Shown here one piece after another: positions 46,988-57,029 of a stretch of DNA of 64,000 nucleotides. The position numbers and the translations under genes are program-made. The stretch spans positions 3,520,001 through 3,584,000 of the forward strand of contig CBDDIJ010000003.1 in NCBI GenBank assembly GCA_965228855.1. Reading direction: 5' to 3'. The notes under the pieces were generated by a model. It ran no database searches. It saw nothing but the letters and a program-made list of their open reading frames with translations, and was not told where the DNA came from. Within the stretch, counting starts at the first letter, position 1; each line of letters opens with the position of its first letter. This DNA comes from Candidatus Obscuribacterales bacterium (GTDB taxonomy: Bacteria > Cyanobacteriota > Vampirovibrionia > Obscuribacterales > Obscuribacteraceae).

Positions 46988-47932
46988 ATGACGCTCAAGC
47001 CCCACAATCCTGCCAGCAAAGATCCAGGCGACCAGTCAACTGCGTTGAAGATCAACCACAAAGGTCTCCCACTCGCACTGATAAACGCCACAGTCGCCGT
47101 CTCCCTTGGAACTTTGTTTCTCGCATGGTCGGGCTCCGAAATGGCAGGCGGACTCGGTTTGATTTTTCCAACCGCAGACCTCTACCCCCTCGAGCGCGCC
47201 GCCACGATTCCATTCACCTTCTGCTTCGTGTATGGATTGTGGATGTCGCACTGCAATGGCGGAAAAATCTGGATCGCCGTTTTGAGCATCTTGAGTCTGT
47301 TCTCACTACTATTTTATGAGTGGTATCGCGCGCACATCGATCTGAATCACCTCGATCCAGATCTCTTTGTGTCCGTGTTCAGCGGCTGCGCAGGCGCGTT
47401 CATAGGTTGCACTGCGTTTAAACTATTGCGGTGCCGATGCACGGTTAGAACATCGCTATGGGTCACGCAAGCCTACTTGCTAGCTTTTCCATTCGTCCTA
47501 TTCCTGCTTCACGTCGCAAAACTGCCGCACAACCTTCTCACATACCTTCTGGTTGGTCTGGGCTTTGGCATTGCATCCGGTTTGACTGGCGGCGGCCGCT
47601 CATTCGTGGTGGCATCTTCAATGACCCTTATCGCGATTCTACTTCCGTCGCTCGCCGGACTATCGGTCATGTGCCTGTATACGAAACACGGCTTCTGGAC
47701 TCATATCGGATGCATAGCTGTCGTGACAACAGCAATTTCGTACAATATAACCTTCTCACTAATCGGCATGCTGGCATCACATCTGGTGAAGCGCGCCTGG
47801 CTTCCGCCGGACGGCACAGCCTCATCGCCTTCAGAAAAGAGCCTTATGGCAAATCTAAAGGCGCGAATTTTACCTGGAAGAAAAGATTCTAAAAAGCGTG
47901 GTCACGATCGCATTGGCGAGTCCGCCTGCTGA
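46988..47932 (+). CDS. Hypothetical polytopic membrane protein
   Basis: About 8 hydrophobic segments; no family recognised. Confidence 0.7.
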   Translation: MTLKPHNPASKDPGDQSTALKINHKGLPLALINATVAVSLGTLFLAWSGSEMAGGLGLIFPTADLYPLERAATIPFTFCFVYGLWMSHCNGGKIWIAVLSILSLFSLLFYEWYRAHIDLNHLDPDLFVSVFSGCAGAFIGCTAFKLLRCRCTVRTSLWVTQAYLLAFPFVLFLLHVAKLPHNLLTYLLVGLGFGIASGLTGGGRSFVVASSMTLIAILLPSLAGLSVMCLYTKHGFWTHIGCIAVVTTAISYNITFSLIGMLASHLVKRAWLPPDGTASSPSEKSLMANLKARILPGRKDSKKRGHDRIGESAC

Positions 47933-47941
47933 AGAAACAAA

Positions 47942-48574
47942 CTATTTCTTCTGACCGAGCACCATGGCGATCAGTGTGTTCAAAAAACGCTCGCTATCAA
48001 ATGGAATTATTTCGTTGCCGTGCAGCACTTCCTGAGTCATTATGTAACTGACGATAGAACCGCAATAGATTCTTGCAGTTGCCTCCGGTTCAGATATTTG
48101 CAGCTGTTTCTGCGCAGCGAAATACGCTGAAAGCGCCTGTTTCGCGGGACCAATAACCGTATTGACGTATAGCCTGGCAAGCTCCGGAAACCTGGCAGAC
48201 TCACCAATTACAGTCCGCATCAACGCGATATAGGACGGGTCGTCTTTTCGCTGCATGAAAACAGCCCCAATCTTTCGAAGCACCACATCCGGTGGCTCCT
48301 CAAAACTCAGATTGTCACCAAACTCGTTGCGGAAGTGCTCCAGCGTGAGCGTTTCAATAATCGCTCTGAAAAGCCCCTCCTTGTCGCTGAAATGGCTATA
48401 GATTGTCTGTTTAATCACTCCGGATTCTTCAGCAACGCGATTCATGCTGGTATCGGCATAGCCGTATTTCAAGAAAACGCGAATTGCGCCGTCGACAATC
48501 TGTTGACGTTTCGTCTGCGAATATTGGGATAGATTTGCCTGCGTCTTTGGTTTTGCAGGCTTGCTTGAGCTCAT
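47942..48574 (-). CDS. TetR/AcrR family transcriptional regulator
   Basis: TSMNRVAEESGVIKQTIYSHFSDKEGLF HTH; ESARFPELA. Confidence 0.95.
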   Translation of the reverse strand: MSSSKPAKPKTQANLSQYSQTKRQQIVDGAIRVFLKYGYADTSMNRVAEESGVIKQTIYSHFSDKEGLFRAIIETLTLEHFRNEFGDNLSFEEPPDVVLRKIGAVFMQRKDDPSYIALMRTVIGESARFPELARLYVNTVIGPAKQALSAYFAAQKQLQISEPEATARIYCGSIVSYIMTQEVLHGNEIIPFDSERFLNTLIAMVLGQKK

Positions 48575-48585
48575 CAGTTCTCTTA

Positions 48586-48623
48586 TATAACAAAAACCTG
48601 TCGCCCGTATAACAAAACCTGTC
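48586..48623. repeat. Direct repeat TATAACAAAA(A)CCTGTC x2 upstream of tetR
   Basis: Copies start at 48586 and 48608 (22-bp period). Confidence 0.8.
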
Positions 48624-48629
48624 ATAAGT

Positions 48630-48658
48630 TTGACAATCATACCGAACGGTATGATAAT
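48630..48658 (+). promoter_or_regulatory. Sigma-70 promoter with TetR-type palindromic operator in the spacer
   Basis: TTGACA-N17-GATAAT enclosing ATCATACCGAACGGTATGAT (48636-48655). Confidence 0.85.
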
Positions 48659-48695
48659 TATGGCATCGAATCAATCTTGTGTAAATTGGGACCGT

Positions 48696-50033
48696 ATGCC
48701 GATACAGCAATCGGATTCTTCATCGACATCGCCGCCTGCAAAGAGCGGCGTGGATGGTGCTGCGGATCGAAACAGCAATGAGAATGGCATCGAGTCAAAG
48801 AAATCCAACGGCAGCGAGAATGAGAATAAGCCCAGGTCGAAGAAACCTTTCATAATAGTCGGAGTAGTTGCAGTCCTTTGTGCGATTGCAACTTTCGGAA
48901 TTTATAAGTGGATGACCAGGCCAGACCCGCATAAGTTATTCGTCAGCGGGCGCATAGAAGGCTACGAAGTAAACGTCGGCGCCAAAATTCCGGGTCGGGT
49001 CGAAGAGATTACCGTTCGCGAAGGTGCTCTGGTCAAGCCTGGTGAGCTTCTCGCTCAACTAAGCGACGACGACATTCAAGCACAGCTGCGCGGAGCACGC
49101 GCGCTTGTGGACAAGGCAATTGCAGACAAGAACCAAGCCGAGAAACAAATTGAAGTCAACAATGACGCTCTAGAGCAGGCCAAACTGAACAAAAGACAAT
49201 CAGCTCAGGACGCCGAGGGTCAGGTGCTTCAGGCCGAGGCCAACGTGGCGGGGGCAAGGGCAGCGGAAGAACAGGCTCGCGCCAATCAGGAAGAGGCCGA
49301 AGCAAGCGCGCGGCTGGCAAACATCCGAAAAATTCGATATGAAAAACTGGCGGAACGCGGAGCTGTCACCCAAGATTCTGCAGACGAGGCGATAACCAAT
49401 GCTTCAACTGCGGCTGCACTGGTCGAGGCAAGACGCGCAGCAGTAAGCGCTTCTCACAAACAATACCTGGCAGCACTAGGCGCTCTGAAGATTGCAAAGG
49501 CTGTGCGATTGAATCCTCCGATTAGACAACAACAAGTTTCTTCCAGTCAACACCAGGTCTCTCAATCCGCTGAGGCGCTGGAAAGCGCCGAGCATGCTGT
49601 CAAAAACGCAAAAGCTGAAGTCGATCAGATCAAAGCGAACATAGCTTATCTGAGAATCGAGAGTCCGGTAGATGGAACCGTAACGGCGCGGGCGGTAGAA
49701 CCGGGTGCCGTAGTGACGGCAGGTCAAACAATCTTGTCCATCATAGATCTGAAGAAGGTTTATCTCAGAGGCTACGTGCCGGAGGGCGAGATCGGGCGCG
49801 TTCGCGTTGGACAGAGGACAAACATCTACCTCGACTCCGCTCCTGATAAAGCCATAGGCGGAAAGATTATAGAAATCGATCCGAAGGCTTCATTTACTCC
49901 GGAAAACATTTATTTTCGCGATGACCGAGTCAAACAAGTCTTCGGTATCAAAATTGGAATCGACGATCCTGCAGGGTTTGCAAAGCCAGGGATGCCGGCT
50001 GACGCAGAGATTTTAGTCGAAGACGCAAAATGA
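48696..50033 (+). CDS. HlyD/YbhG-like membrane fusion protein
   Basis: N-terminal TM, SGRIEG, lipoyl half-motifs, coiled coil, ASFTPENI, KPGMPADA; start uncertain. Confidence 0.93.
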   Translation: MPIQQSDSSSTSPPAKSGVDGAADRNSNENGIESKKSNGSENENKPRSKKPFIIVGVVAVLCAIATFGIYKWMTRPDPHKLFVSGRIEGYEVNVGAKIPGRVEEITVREGALVKPGELLAQLSDDDIQAQLRGARALVDKAIADKNQAEKQIEVNNDALEQAKLNKRQSAQDAEGQVLQAEANVAGARAAEEQARANQEEAEASARLANIRKIRYEKLAERGAVTQDSADEAITNASTAAALVEARRAAVSASHKQYLAALGALKIAKAVRLNPPIRQQQVSSSQHQVSQSAEALESAEHAVKNAKAEVDQIKANIAYLRIESPVDGTVTARAVEPGAVVTAGQTILSIIDLKKVYLRGYVPEGEIGRVRVGQRTNIYLDSAPDKAIGGKIIEIDPKASFTPENIYFRDDRVKQVFGIKIGIDDPAGFAKPGMPADAEILVEDAK

Positions 50034-52030
50034 ACAACGCTCAAACAACTTTTCAATCGCTCGGCGACGCCCACGAAAAACAGCACGAGTGGGCTATCGA
50101 CGTGGAAGACTTGCGCATCACATACGGTACCGTTGAAGCCGTAAAAGGTATCAATCTAAAAATTAAACCGAAAGAAATATTCGGTTTGATCGGTCCGGAC
50201 GGCGCCGGTAAAACCAGTACTTTTCACGTACTTGGCGGCGTAATGGAGCCGGACTCCGGCAAAGTTGAAGTCAACGGCGTTACCCCGCGCGAAGGTCGTT
50301 TGAACATCGGCTACCTTACACAGCAGTTTTCTCTCTATCCGGATTTGAGCATAGAAGAGAATATGAGATATGCCGCCGGTCTGCGCCAGGTGGATCTAAA
50401 GGACTTTAAAGAACGATCCGAAAAGTCTTTGAAGCAGATGGACTTATATAAGTTTAAAACCAGACTCGCCGGACAACTATCCGGAGGTATGAAACAAAAG
50501 CTCGCATTATGCTGCTCACTTATAGCCAGGCCCAAAGTCCTTCTTCTGGACGAGCCAACCACCGGCGTCGACCCTGTGTCGCGCCGTGAGTTTTGGGATC
50601 TACTGGCAGAAGTCTCCGCCGATGGTGTCACGATTGCTGTGGCAACTCCTTACCTCGACGAGGCAGAACGTTGCGATCGAGTAGCTCTTATCTACGAGGG
50701 CGAACTGTACAAAGTAGGCACCGTCGCAGAACTGAAGAAAGATTTGAAGCTGCATCGCTTAGAATTGCGAACTCACAGAATGCTCGAAAAGGAATCGCAA
50801 TTTGTGGACAAATTGCTGGAGCAGAAGAAACATATAGCGGATGTTCAAACCTTCGGAGATCGACTTGACGTGCTGGTTTCCGACCTGGATACCGGAGAGC
50901 ACATTGCCAGGAATGTTGCGTCCGAAATTGGTATCGACGACCTTGACGTGACGAAAGAAGAACCCACACTGGAAAATGTCTTTGTCACAACGCTTAAACG
51001 TGCGAAGGGTGACACTGAAAAGGTGGAACCGTTTAAGTTCACGAAAGAAAAATCAGGTAAGAGCGGCTCAGCGATCAAAGCAGATCGCCTCGAAAAAATC
51101 TTCGGAGACTTTCACGCAGTAAAAGATGTAAGTCTAGAGGTCGGCTACGGAAAAATTTACGGCTTGCTCGGCGCCAATGGTGCCGGCAAGACAACCACGA
51201 TCAAAATGCTTTGCGGCTTGCTGGAACCCAGCAAAGGCAAGATGGAACTCGCCGGAAAGAAGAGCGACCTTCGCGATCCAAAATTGCGTCAACGCATCGG
51301 TTACATGAGTCAAAAGTTTACTCTCTACGACGACCTGACACTAAGAGAGAATCTCGAGTTTTACTGCGGCGTTTACGAAGTTCCTGAAGAACTCCGCAAA
51401 GAGCGCATGAAGTGGGTTCTAAGAGTTTCCGAATTGAGCGGTCAAGAAGATATGCTCACAGCCAAACTGCCCGGCGGTTGGAAACAGCGGCTTTCATTCG
51501 GCGCATGCATAATGCACGAGCCAGAGATTTTATTTCTGGACGAACCAACAAGCGGAGTCGATCCACTGGCACGTCGTCAGCTCTGGACGATGATTTCGGC
51601 TCTAGCCAGACATGGAACCGCGATTCTAGTCACAACTCACTTTCTCGAAGAGGCAGAGCACTGCCACCAGCTCGGATTTATGGTGGCGGGAGAATTAGTC
51701 GCGCAAGGAGCCCCGGAAGAAATCAAGAAAAATCAACCCGGTCAACTCGTCGAAATCATAACGTCGAGCAATCAACAGGCATCCAATGTCATTAAACAGA
51801 AGATTGAACCGTGGCGAGTTTCAATCTTCGCAAACAGATTGCACGTCGTGCTCGACCATCCGGAAAAGGAAACGAAAGAGTTGCTCGGCGCTTTGAATAA
51901 CGAAAATATTGAAGTGAAATCACATAAGGATATTCCATTCTCACTGGAAGATGCATTTATCGGCATCGTTCAGCGCGCATCAAAGCAGGAGAAACCACAG
52001 GCAAGCAAATCTTCGGAGGCGAGAAAGTAG
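50030..52030 (+). CDS. ABC transporter ATP-binding protein with two NBDs (YbhF-like)
   Basis: GPDGAGKT and GANGAGKT Walker A; LSGGMKQ; two DEPT motifs. Confidence 0.95.
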   Translation: MNNAQTTFQSLGDAHEKQHEWAIDVEDLRITYGTVEAVKGINLKIKPKEIFGLIGPDGAGKTSTFHVLGGVMEPDSGKVEVNGVTPREGRLNIGYLTQQFSLYPDLSIEENMRYAAGLRQVDLKDFKERSEKSLKQMDLYKFKTRLAGQLSGGMKQKLALCCSLIARPKVLLLDEPTTGVDPVSRREFWDLLAEVSADGVTIAVATPYLDEAERCDRVALIYEGELYKVGTVAELKKDLKLHRLELRTHRMLEKESQFVDKLLEQKKHIADVQTFGDRLDVLVSDLDTGEHIARNVASEIGIDDLDVTKEEPTLENVFVTTLKRAKGDTEKVEPFKFTKEKSGKSGSAIKADRLEKIFGDFHAVKDVSLEVGYGKIYGLLGANGAGKTTTIKMLCGLLEPSKGKMELAGKKSDLRDPKLRQRIGYMSQKFTLYDDLTLRENLEFYCGVYEVPEELRKERMKWVLRVSELSGQEDMLTAKLPGGWKQRLSFGACIMHEPEILFLDEPTSGVDPLARRQLWTMISALARHGTAILVTTHFLEEAEHCHQLGFMVAGELVAQGAPEEIKKNQPGQLVEIITSSNQQASNVIKQKIEPWRVSIFANRLHVVLDHPEKETKELLGALNNENIEVKSHKDIPFSLEDAFIGIVQRASKQEKPQASKSSEARK

Positions 52031-52037
52031 AACTGCG

Positions 52038-53144
52038 ATGAAACGTCTCTGGGCTCAAGCGGTTAAAGAATTAGCACAGTTTCGCAGAGACAAACTGACT
52101 GTGGCGCTCGCGTTCGTTCTACCAGTTCTATCCTTCTTCATATTCGGCTACGGTGTCCGCCTTGAGCAAAAGGATATTCCGATTGCAATTCAAGACCAGG
52201 ACAACACGCCGCTGAGCAGAGGACTAACTGAACGACTCGTAAACAACGCCCAGATGAAAGCAATTGGTTTCAAAGGCGATCCTATCCACGGTGCGGTCGA
52301 TCCGGCTCGGGCTCAGGCAGCCATTATTATCCCCCCGGATTTCACCCGCATGTTCAAATCGGGCTCAGATGCCGCCTTTCAGGTGCTCATAGACGGGTCA
52401 GACGTAAACAATGCTCGCGTCATCAAGAATAGCGTCCTGGCGACAACAAACTTCTTTGCTGAGCAGTTGACTTACGGCTACCGAGAACCACTTCTTACTA
52501 CCAACATCAGAATCTGGTTCAACCCAGGAAGAGAAGAGTCACTATATGTGGTGCCGGGCGCAATCGGTTTGATTCTGTGGATTTATCCATCACTTCTTGC
52601 ATCGCTTGCTATGGTCAAGGAGAAGGAGCAAGGCACCATACTACAGGCATACGCATCCAGCATTTCGCCGCTCGAACTGGTCGGTGGTAAGGCGCTCGCT
52701 TACTTGTTTGTCGGCATCGCGGAATGGCTGCTTACGATGTTTCTTGCGTGGTTATGCTTCGGCATCACATTCGCGGGTGACCCTACGCCGTTCTTGTTAG
52801 GGTCGCTGATTTTTATATTCGACAGTGTTCTATTCGGACTGGTGATTGGCTCCGGCGTTGCAACTCAAAGTGCCGCCGTCCAGGCTGTCGCGTTCGCCGG
52901 TTTCACGACAGCACTGCTACTGTCAGGCTTCCTCTATCCCATAAGAAACATTCGCTTTCCGTTCGACTACGTGTCTCTTATCGTACCGGCGCGATATTAT
53001 CTCGTAATTTCGCGAGACGCGTTTGTGCGCGGCTCCGGTTGGCCGGGCGTCTGGCTCATGATGCTCGCGCTTGTCGCATTCGCCTTCGTATACATCATGG
53101 TCGCACGCCGCCGCATGGGCAGCATGCAAATCAAGAAATCGTGA
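52038..53144 (+). CDS. ABC-2 type permease (YbhS-like)
   Basis: KELAQFRRD, IDGSD, WFNP, KEKEQGT. Confidence 0.93.
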   Translation: MKRLWAQAVKELAQFRRDKLTVALAFVLPVLSFFIFGYGVRLEQKDIPIAIQDQDNTPLSRGLTERLVNNAQMKAIGFKGDPIHGAVDPARAQAAIIIPPDFTRMFKSGSDAAFQVLIDGSDVNNARVIKNSVLATTNFFAEQLTYGYREPLLTTNIRIWFNPGREESLYVVPGAIGLILWIYPSLLASLAMVKEKEQGTILQAYASSISPLELVGGKALAYLFVGIAEWLLTMFLAWLCFGITFAGDPTPFLLGSLIFIFDSVLFGLVIGSGVATQSAAVQAVAFAGFTTALLLSGFLYPIRNIRFPFDYVSLIVPARYYLVISRDAFVRGSGWPGVWLMMLALVAFAFVYIMVARRRMGSMQIKKS

Positions 53145-53152
53145 GGTGAGAG

Positions 53153-54277
53153 ATGCGTCCACTTAAGCGATTCCAGCAAGGAAGACTATGGGCTCTAATT
53201 CAAAAAGAGCTGCGACAGATTCTTCGAGACAAACAACTTCTGTTTCTTCTCATATTCCCACCAACAATTCAGCTGTTCATTTATGGGTTTGCACTCAGTC
53301 CGGACGTATACGATCTTCGATTGGGCGTGCTGGATCTCTCCAAAACTCCCATGAGCAGAAACCTGCTCGACGCTGTCGTTCAAAACCACGTTTTCAACGT
53401 AACACCATTGAAACCGACCAGAGATGCTGCCATCGAAGCGGTGAAACAGGGAAGAGTCGACGCATCAATGGTGATACCACCAGAATTCAGTCGCAATTTG
53501 AAACAGAAGCAGCATGCTGAAGTTCAGATTCTTATCGATGGAGTCGATGCTAACACTGCTGGTATCGCCAGCGGTTACCTCGTTCAGATGATAAGCACAT
53601 TCGCACGCGGGCTAGAGGAGCCAAGAACGACTGGAACAATCAGACCGGACATAAGTTTCCTCTATAACCCTGGTCTCAACTCAGCCTGGTTCTTCATACC
53701 CGGCGTTATGGGATTGATTTTAAACCTGACCGGCTCTCTCGTTTCATCATCAACCCTGGTCCGAGAAAAGGACTCGGGAACACTAGAGCAGCTCGTTATG
53801 ACTCCGGCAAGCGCCTTCGAGGTTCTTCTCGCTAAAGTTTTACCGCTGTTCGTTTTGCTTTTTGGTAACGTCTTGCTGTCCCTGGCGGTAGGGTTACTAG
53901 CCTTCCAGGTCCCGTTCCGCGGCAACTTTTTTCTGTTTCTAGCAGTATCGTCTCTCTATATACTTGTAGCGATCTCGATCGGCATTACATTAGCGTCGAT
54001 TTCGAAAAACCAGAGACAAGCCATTCTGACCTCGTTCTTCATCAACCTGCCGGTCATCCAGTTATCCGGCGCCATCGCTCCCTTGCAGAGCATGCCTCAG
54101 TTTTTGCAAACGCTGTCGTATTTGAACCCGCTTCGCTACTACATAATTTGCATACGCAGCATTCTTTTGAAAGGAATCGGTCTTGAAGTTATCTGGCCCA
54201 ATGTGTTGATGCTGGCAATTTTTGCCGTGACGCTCTTCATGCTCAGCGCGCGAAGATTTAGATCTCAATTAGGTTAA
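53153..54277 (+). CDS. ABC-2 type permease (YbhR-like)
   Basis: KELRQILRD, IDGVDAN, YNP, REKDSGTLEQL. Confidence 0.93.
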   Translation: MRPLKRFQQGRLWALIQKELRQILRDKQLLFLLIFPPTIQLFIYGFALSPDVYDLRLGVLDLSKTPMSRNLLDAVVQNHVFNVTPLKPTRDAAIEAVKQGRVDASMVIPPEFSRNLKQKQHAEVQILIDGVDANTAGIASGYLVQMISTFARGLEEPRTTGTIRPDISFLYNPGLNSAWFFIPGVMGLILNLTGSLVSSSTLVREKDSGTLEQLVMTPASAFEVLLAKVLPLFVLLFGNVLLSLAVGLLAFQVPFRGNFFLFLAVSSLYILVAISIGITLASISKNQRQAILTSFFINLPVIQLSGAIAPLQSMPQFLQTLSYLNPLRYYIICIRSILLKGIGLEVIWPNVLMLAIFAVTLFMLSARRFRSQLG

Positions 54278-54297
54278 AGCTCAAGCAAGGATAAGAT

Positions 54298-56085
54298 TTA
54301 CGGCGAATTGCGAACCGATTGAGCGGTCGTCAGAGTATCGACAGAAGTCAAACCCACATCGTGTACTAGCTGCACTTGTGCATTATTGAAATCGATAATC
54401 GCTTCGGCTTTATTGATGAGAGCCTGCGTATAATCGCGCTGTGCGGTGATGATATCAAGGTTGGTGCCCAAACCATTGGCAAATCTTAGTTGAGCAAGCC
54501 TTAATTGCTCGTGCGATGACTCCACCTCGTTGGTCGTTTCGTCTATCTTCTTATCCGTGTCGAGACATTGCAAATAGGACGAGCGAACTTGGTCGAGAAT
54601 AGTCACCAATTCTTTATTCGCTTGTAATTGCGCTGTGCGCGCTTGCAATTTAGCAGCCTTAATTTTGGTGGCATCCACGGTGCCTAATCCAGAAAGAGCC
54701 CAGCGAGCATCGATACCGAGAGTAAACAAAGCCTCTTGCTTAGTCAATCCAGGACCGATACCGAAAACATTTCCGTTAAACGCGAATGTAGGCTGAAGTG
54801 GTGCGGACGCCACCACGATGTTGCGCTTAGCAGCCAACCGCTGCTCTTCAAACTGCTTCAGTTCCGGTCGATTTGAAATCGCCAGACTGATCAGGTCTTC
54901 AACCTTCACTTTGGGATCTATTAACCGAACTCGCTTGATCCAGGATTCGGATGGCGACAAGTCTGCACCCATGTCGACATTTAGAGTATCTGCAAGTTTT
55001 ATGGCTGCCGTGCGCCGCGCAATCTGCTGGTCGATAAGGTCCTGTCGGTCGCGAGAAAGTTGAGTTTTTGATTGCAGAACATCCAGTTCAGTTGCCAGTC
55101 CGAACTCTCTCTTATCCGTGTTGACTCGCAATTGTTCTTCTGACGTTTGAACTGCTTTAACGCGAATTTGCAACAACGCCTGACTCAAAACCAGGTTGTA
55201 ATAATTGGTCGCCGCCGCCAAGAGTGCGTCGTTGAAACTGGCTTGTCGACCGGCTTTTGCAGCCCTATAGGTATGTTTAGCTTGAAGAGCACCAAACAAG
55301 ATTCGACCGCCACGATATCCGTAGTATTGGAAGAAGGCATTCGAGATCACGAATGGTCCATCAATGTCTACGTTATCCATCCGTCGCCCCGCAGCTAAAC
55401 CGTTTGCGTTGCCAAATGAATTGAATAGATTCGAGGCGCTCCTGGGTAACCCGATTTGTCCATGAGTCCAGAACTCTCGATAGCTGGTGCCTACGTTGGG
55501 CAAAAAATTACCAAGTGCACTGTAATAGTTCCACTTTTCAGTCTGCTCTTCAGACTTTGAGATAGCGATATCGAGATTATTGTTGATCGCGATTTGCAAA
55601 GCACGTTTCAAGTCCAGTTGATTAGCTGTTTTAGAATCGAGGGTAAACGGGTCTAGCTCACGGTCAATTGTAATAAGCGCCTGGAGGGCAGGCTTGCCTA
55701 TGAGCATCGAATCCTGCTCGAAGAGTTGTGCCCCTATATCTGGTGGCTCGACGATATCGGCTGTTTCCTCAGGTGGCTTAATTCGAGTGTTTTGCGTGGG
55801 CGCAGCCAGCGTCGAAGGTACGCCGCCCAAGTTTGAATCGTTCGGCGATTGTCGAGCAGGCGACCTGCCGATGCCAGGCGAACTCACCGACCGACCAGGA
55901 ATGTTGGTCCCAGGTTTGGTCAAGGGCGGTCTGAGCACAGGCGGCTGAGCGTCCCCTTGCTCTTGAGAAAACGCGGGTTGACTGCTGCCGACCGAAGCAT
56001 TCCACAGAGCGGCAAGTGCCAGCGCGGTCATAGAATACGACCTCGCCACCTTTCTGATACTTATCGGATGCCCTGAAAGCTTCAT
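54298..56085 (-). CDS. tolC: TolC-family outer membrane efflux protein
   Basis: Two OEP repeats (GLATELDVLQ, GLGTNLDIITAQ); signal peptide and Pro-rich N-terminus. Confidence 0.9.
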   Translation of the reverse strand: MKLSGHPISIRKVARSYSMTALALAALWNASVGSSQPAFSQEQGDAQPPVLRPPLTKPGTNIPGRSVSSPGIGRSPARQSPNDSNLGGVPSTLAAPTQNTRIKPPEETADIVEPPDIGAQLFEQDSMLIGKPALQALITIDRELDPFTLDSKTANQLDLKRALQIAINNNLDIAISKSEEQTEKWNYYSALGNFLPNVGTSYREFWTHGQIGLPRSASNLFNSFGNANGLAAGRRMDNVDIDGPFVISNAFFQYYGYRGGRILFGALQAKHTYRAAKAGRQASFNDALLAAATNYYNLVLSQALLQIRVKAVQTSEEQLRVNTDKREFGLATELDVLQSKTQLSRDRQDLIDQQIARRTAAIKLADTLNVDMGADLSPSESWIKRVRLIDPKVKVEDLISLAISNRPELKQFEEQRLAAKRNIVVASAPLQPTFAFNGNVFGIGPGLTKQEALFTLGIDARWALSGLGTVDATKIKAAKLQARTAQLQANKELVTILDQVRSSYLQCLDTDKKIDETTNEVESSHEQLRLAQLRFANGLGTNLDIITAQRDYTQALINKAEAIIDFNNAQVQLVHDVGLTSVDTLTTAQSVRNSP

Positions 56086-56102
56086 TGCGTTGGATGAACC
56101 AG

Positions 56103-56131
56103 CAATCATACCGAACGGTATGATTGTATCA
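56103..56131 (-). promoter_or_regulatory. Second copy of the TetR-type operator next to an extended -10 upstream of tolC
   Basis: CAATCATACCGAACGGTATGATTG at 56103-56126; minus strand reads TG-A-TACAAT into it. Confidence 0.85.
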
Positions 56132-56324
56132 CGAGTAACTCGGACGGACTTCCAGTCTCAAGCTTCCGTAAAGTCTAAGGTTACGCAGAAGATTAGAATC
56201 GCTCAACCATCGGAAGCGAACATGGCATAATATCGAGCCTGGAAGGCAAAAACGGCAATCGGTACAACCGAGGCCAGACAGTGCTTCTTGGAAACGCCCA
56301 CTCGCGCGAAAGGCGGTTAAAACA

Positions 56325-56960
56325 ATGGTCGGGACAGATTTGAAAGTCAGTTTGGCAAAGGCCGTCGATGCGGCACTCGCCGAAACAGACCCGAACAAAG
56401 CGGACGAAAAATATATGGAAGTCCTGCAAATCGTTCGCATGCAGGTCGGCGACAACGAGACGGACATGGCAAACGCCATGCAGGCGGTCGCAAAGGATTT
56501 AGAAGATCAGGGGCGCAAGCAGCAGGCCTTCGACTTCAAGCAAAAGACATGCATCATGCTATTAGAATTCACCATGATGCCGCTACCTCCATTGCCCGAC
56601 AACATCGTAATTGCCACCGGACCGGCACTCGAAGAACCGCTTCTGAAACAGGTGATGACGATTCACTTCGTGGATGATGTCGATCTTGCGAAGAAGCACT
56701 ACGCAAAAATTCTTCAGGCGATTATCATTGATGACAGCGAAGGCTCGGCATGTTTACGCACCATACACGGTGCCATGATTGTGTTAGCCAAAGGTCACTC
56801 GCACGAGCATATTCCGGTCTACGAATCACAGAAGAAAGATCCTAAGCCAGTCTTGGAAGGACTGGGCTGGAGCGCCGACAAGTCGCACCATTCGACGCCG
56901 GGCGGCAAAGCTCAACTATATACGCATCCAAAACTTGGAAAACTAGCGCTGCTTAGTTAA
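56325..56960 (+). CDS. Hypothetical protein: helical TPR-like N-terminus plus VOC/glyoxalase-like C-terminus
   Basis: TIHFVDDVDLAKKHYAKIL and TPGGKAQLYTHP resemble VOC motifs. Confidence 0.65.
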   Translation: MVGTDLKVSLAKAVDAALAETDPNKADEKYMEVLQIVRMQVGDNETDMANAMQAVAKDLEDQGRKQQAFDFKQKTCIMLLEFTMMPLPPLPDNIVIATGPALEEPLLKQVMTIHFVDDVDLAKKHYAKILQAIIIDDSEGSACLRTIHGAMIVLAKGHSHEHIPVYESQKKDPKPVLEGLGWSADKSHHSTPGGKAQLYTHPKLGKLALLS

Positions 56961-57029
56961 TGAGACGGCCTAGCTCTAGAGATGCCGGCAGCCACACCCA
57001 AAAGACCGCATAAGAAAAATTCGACGTCT

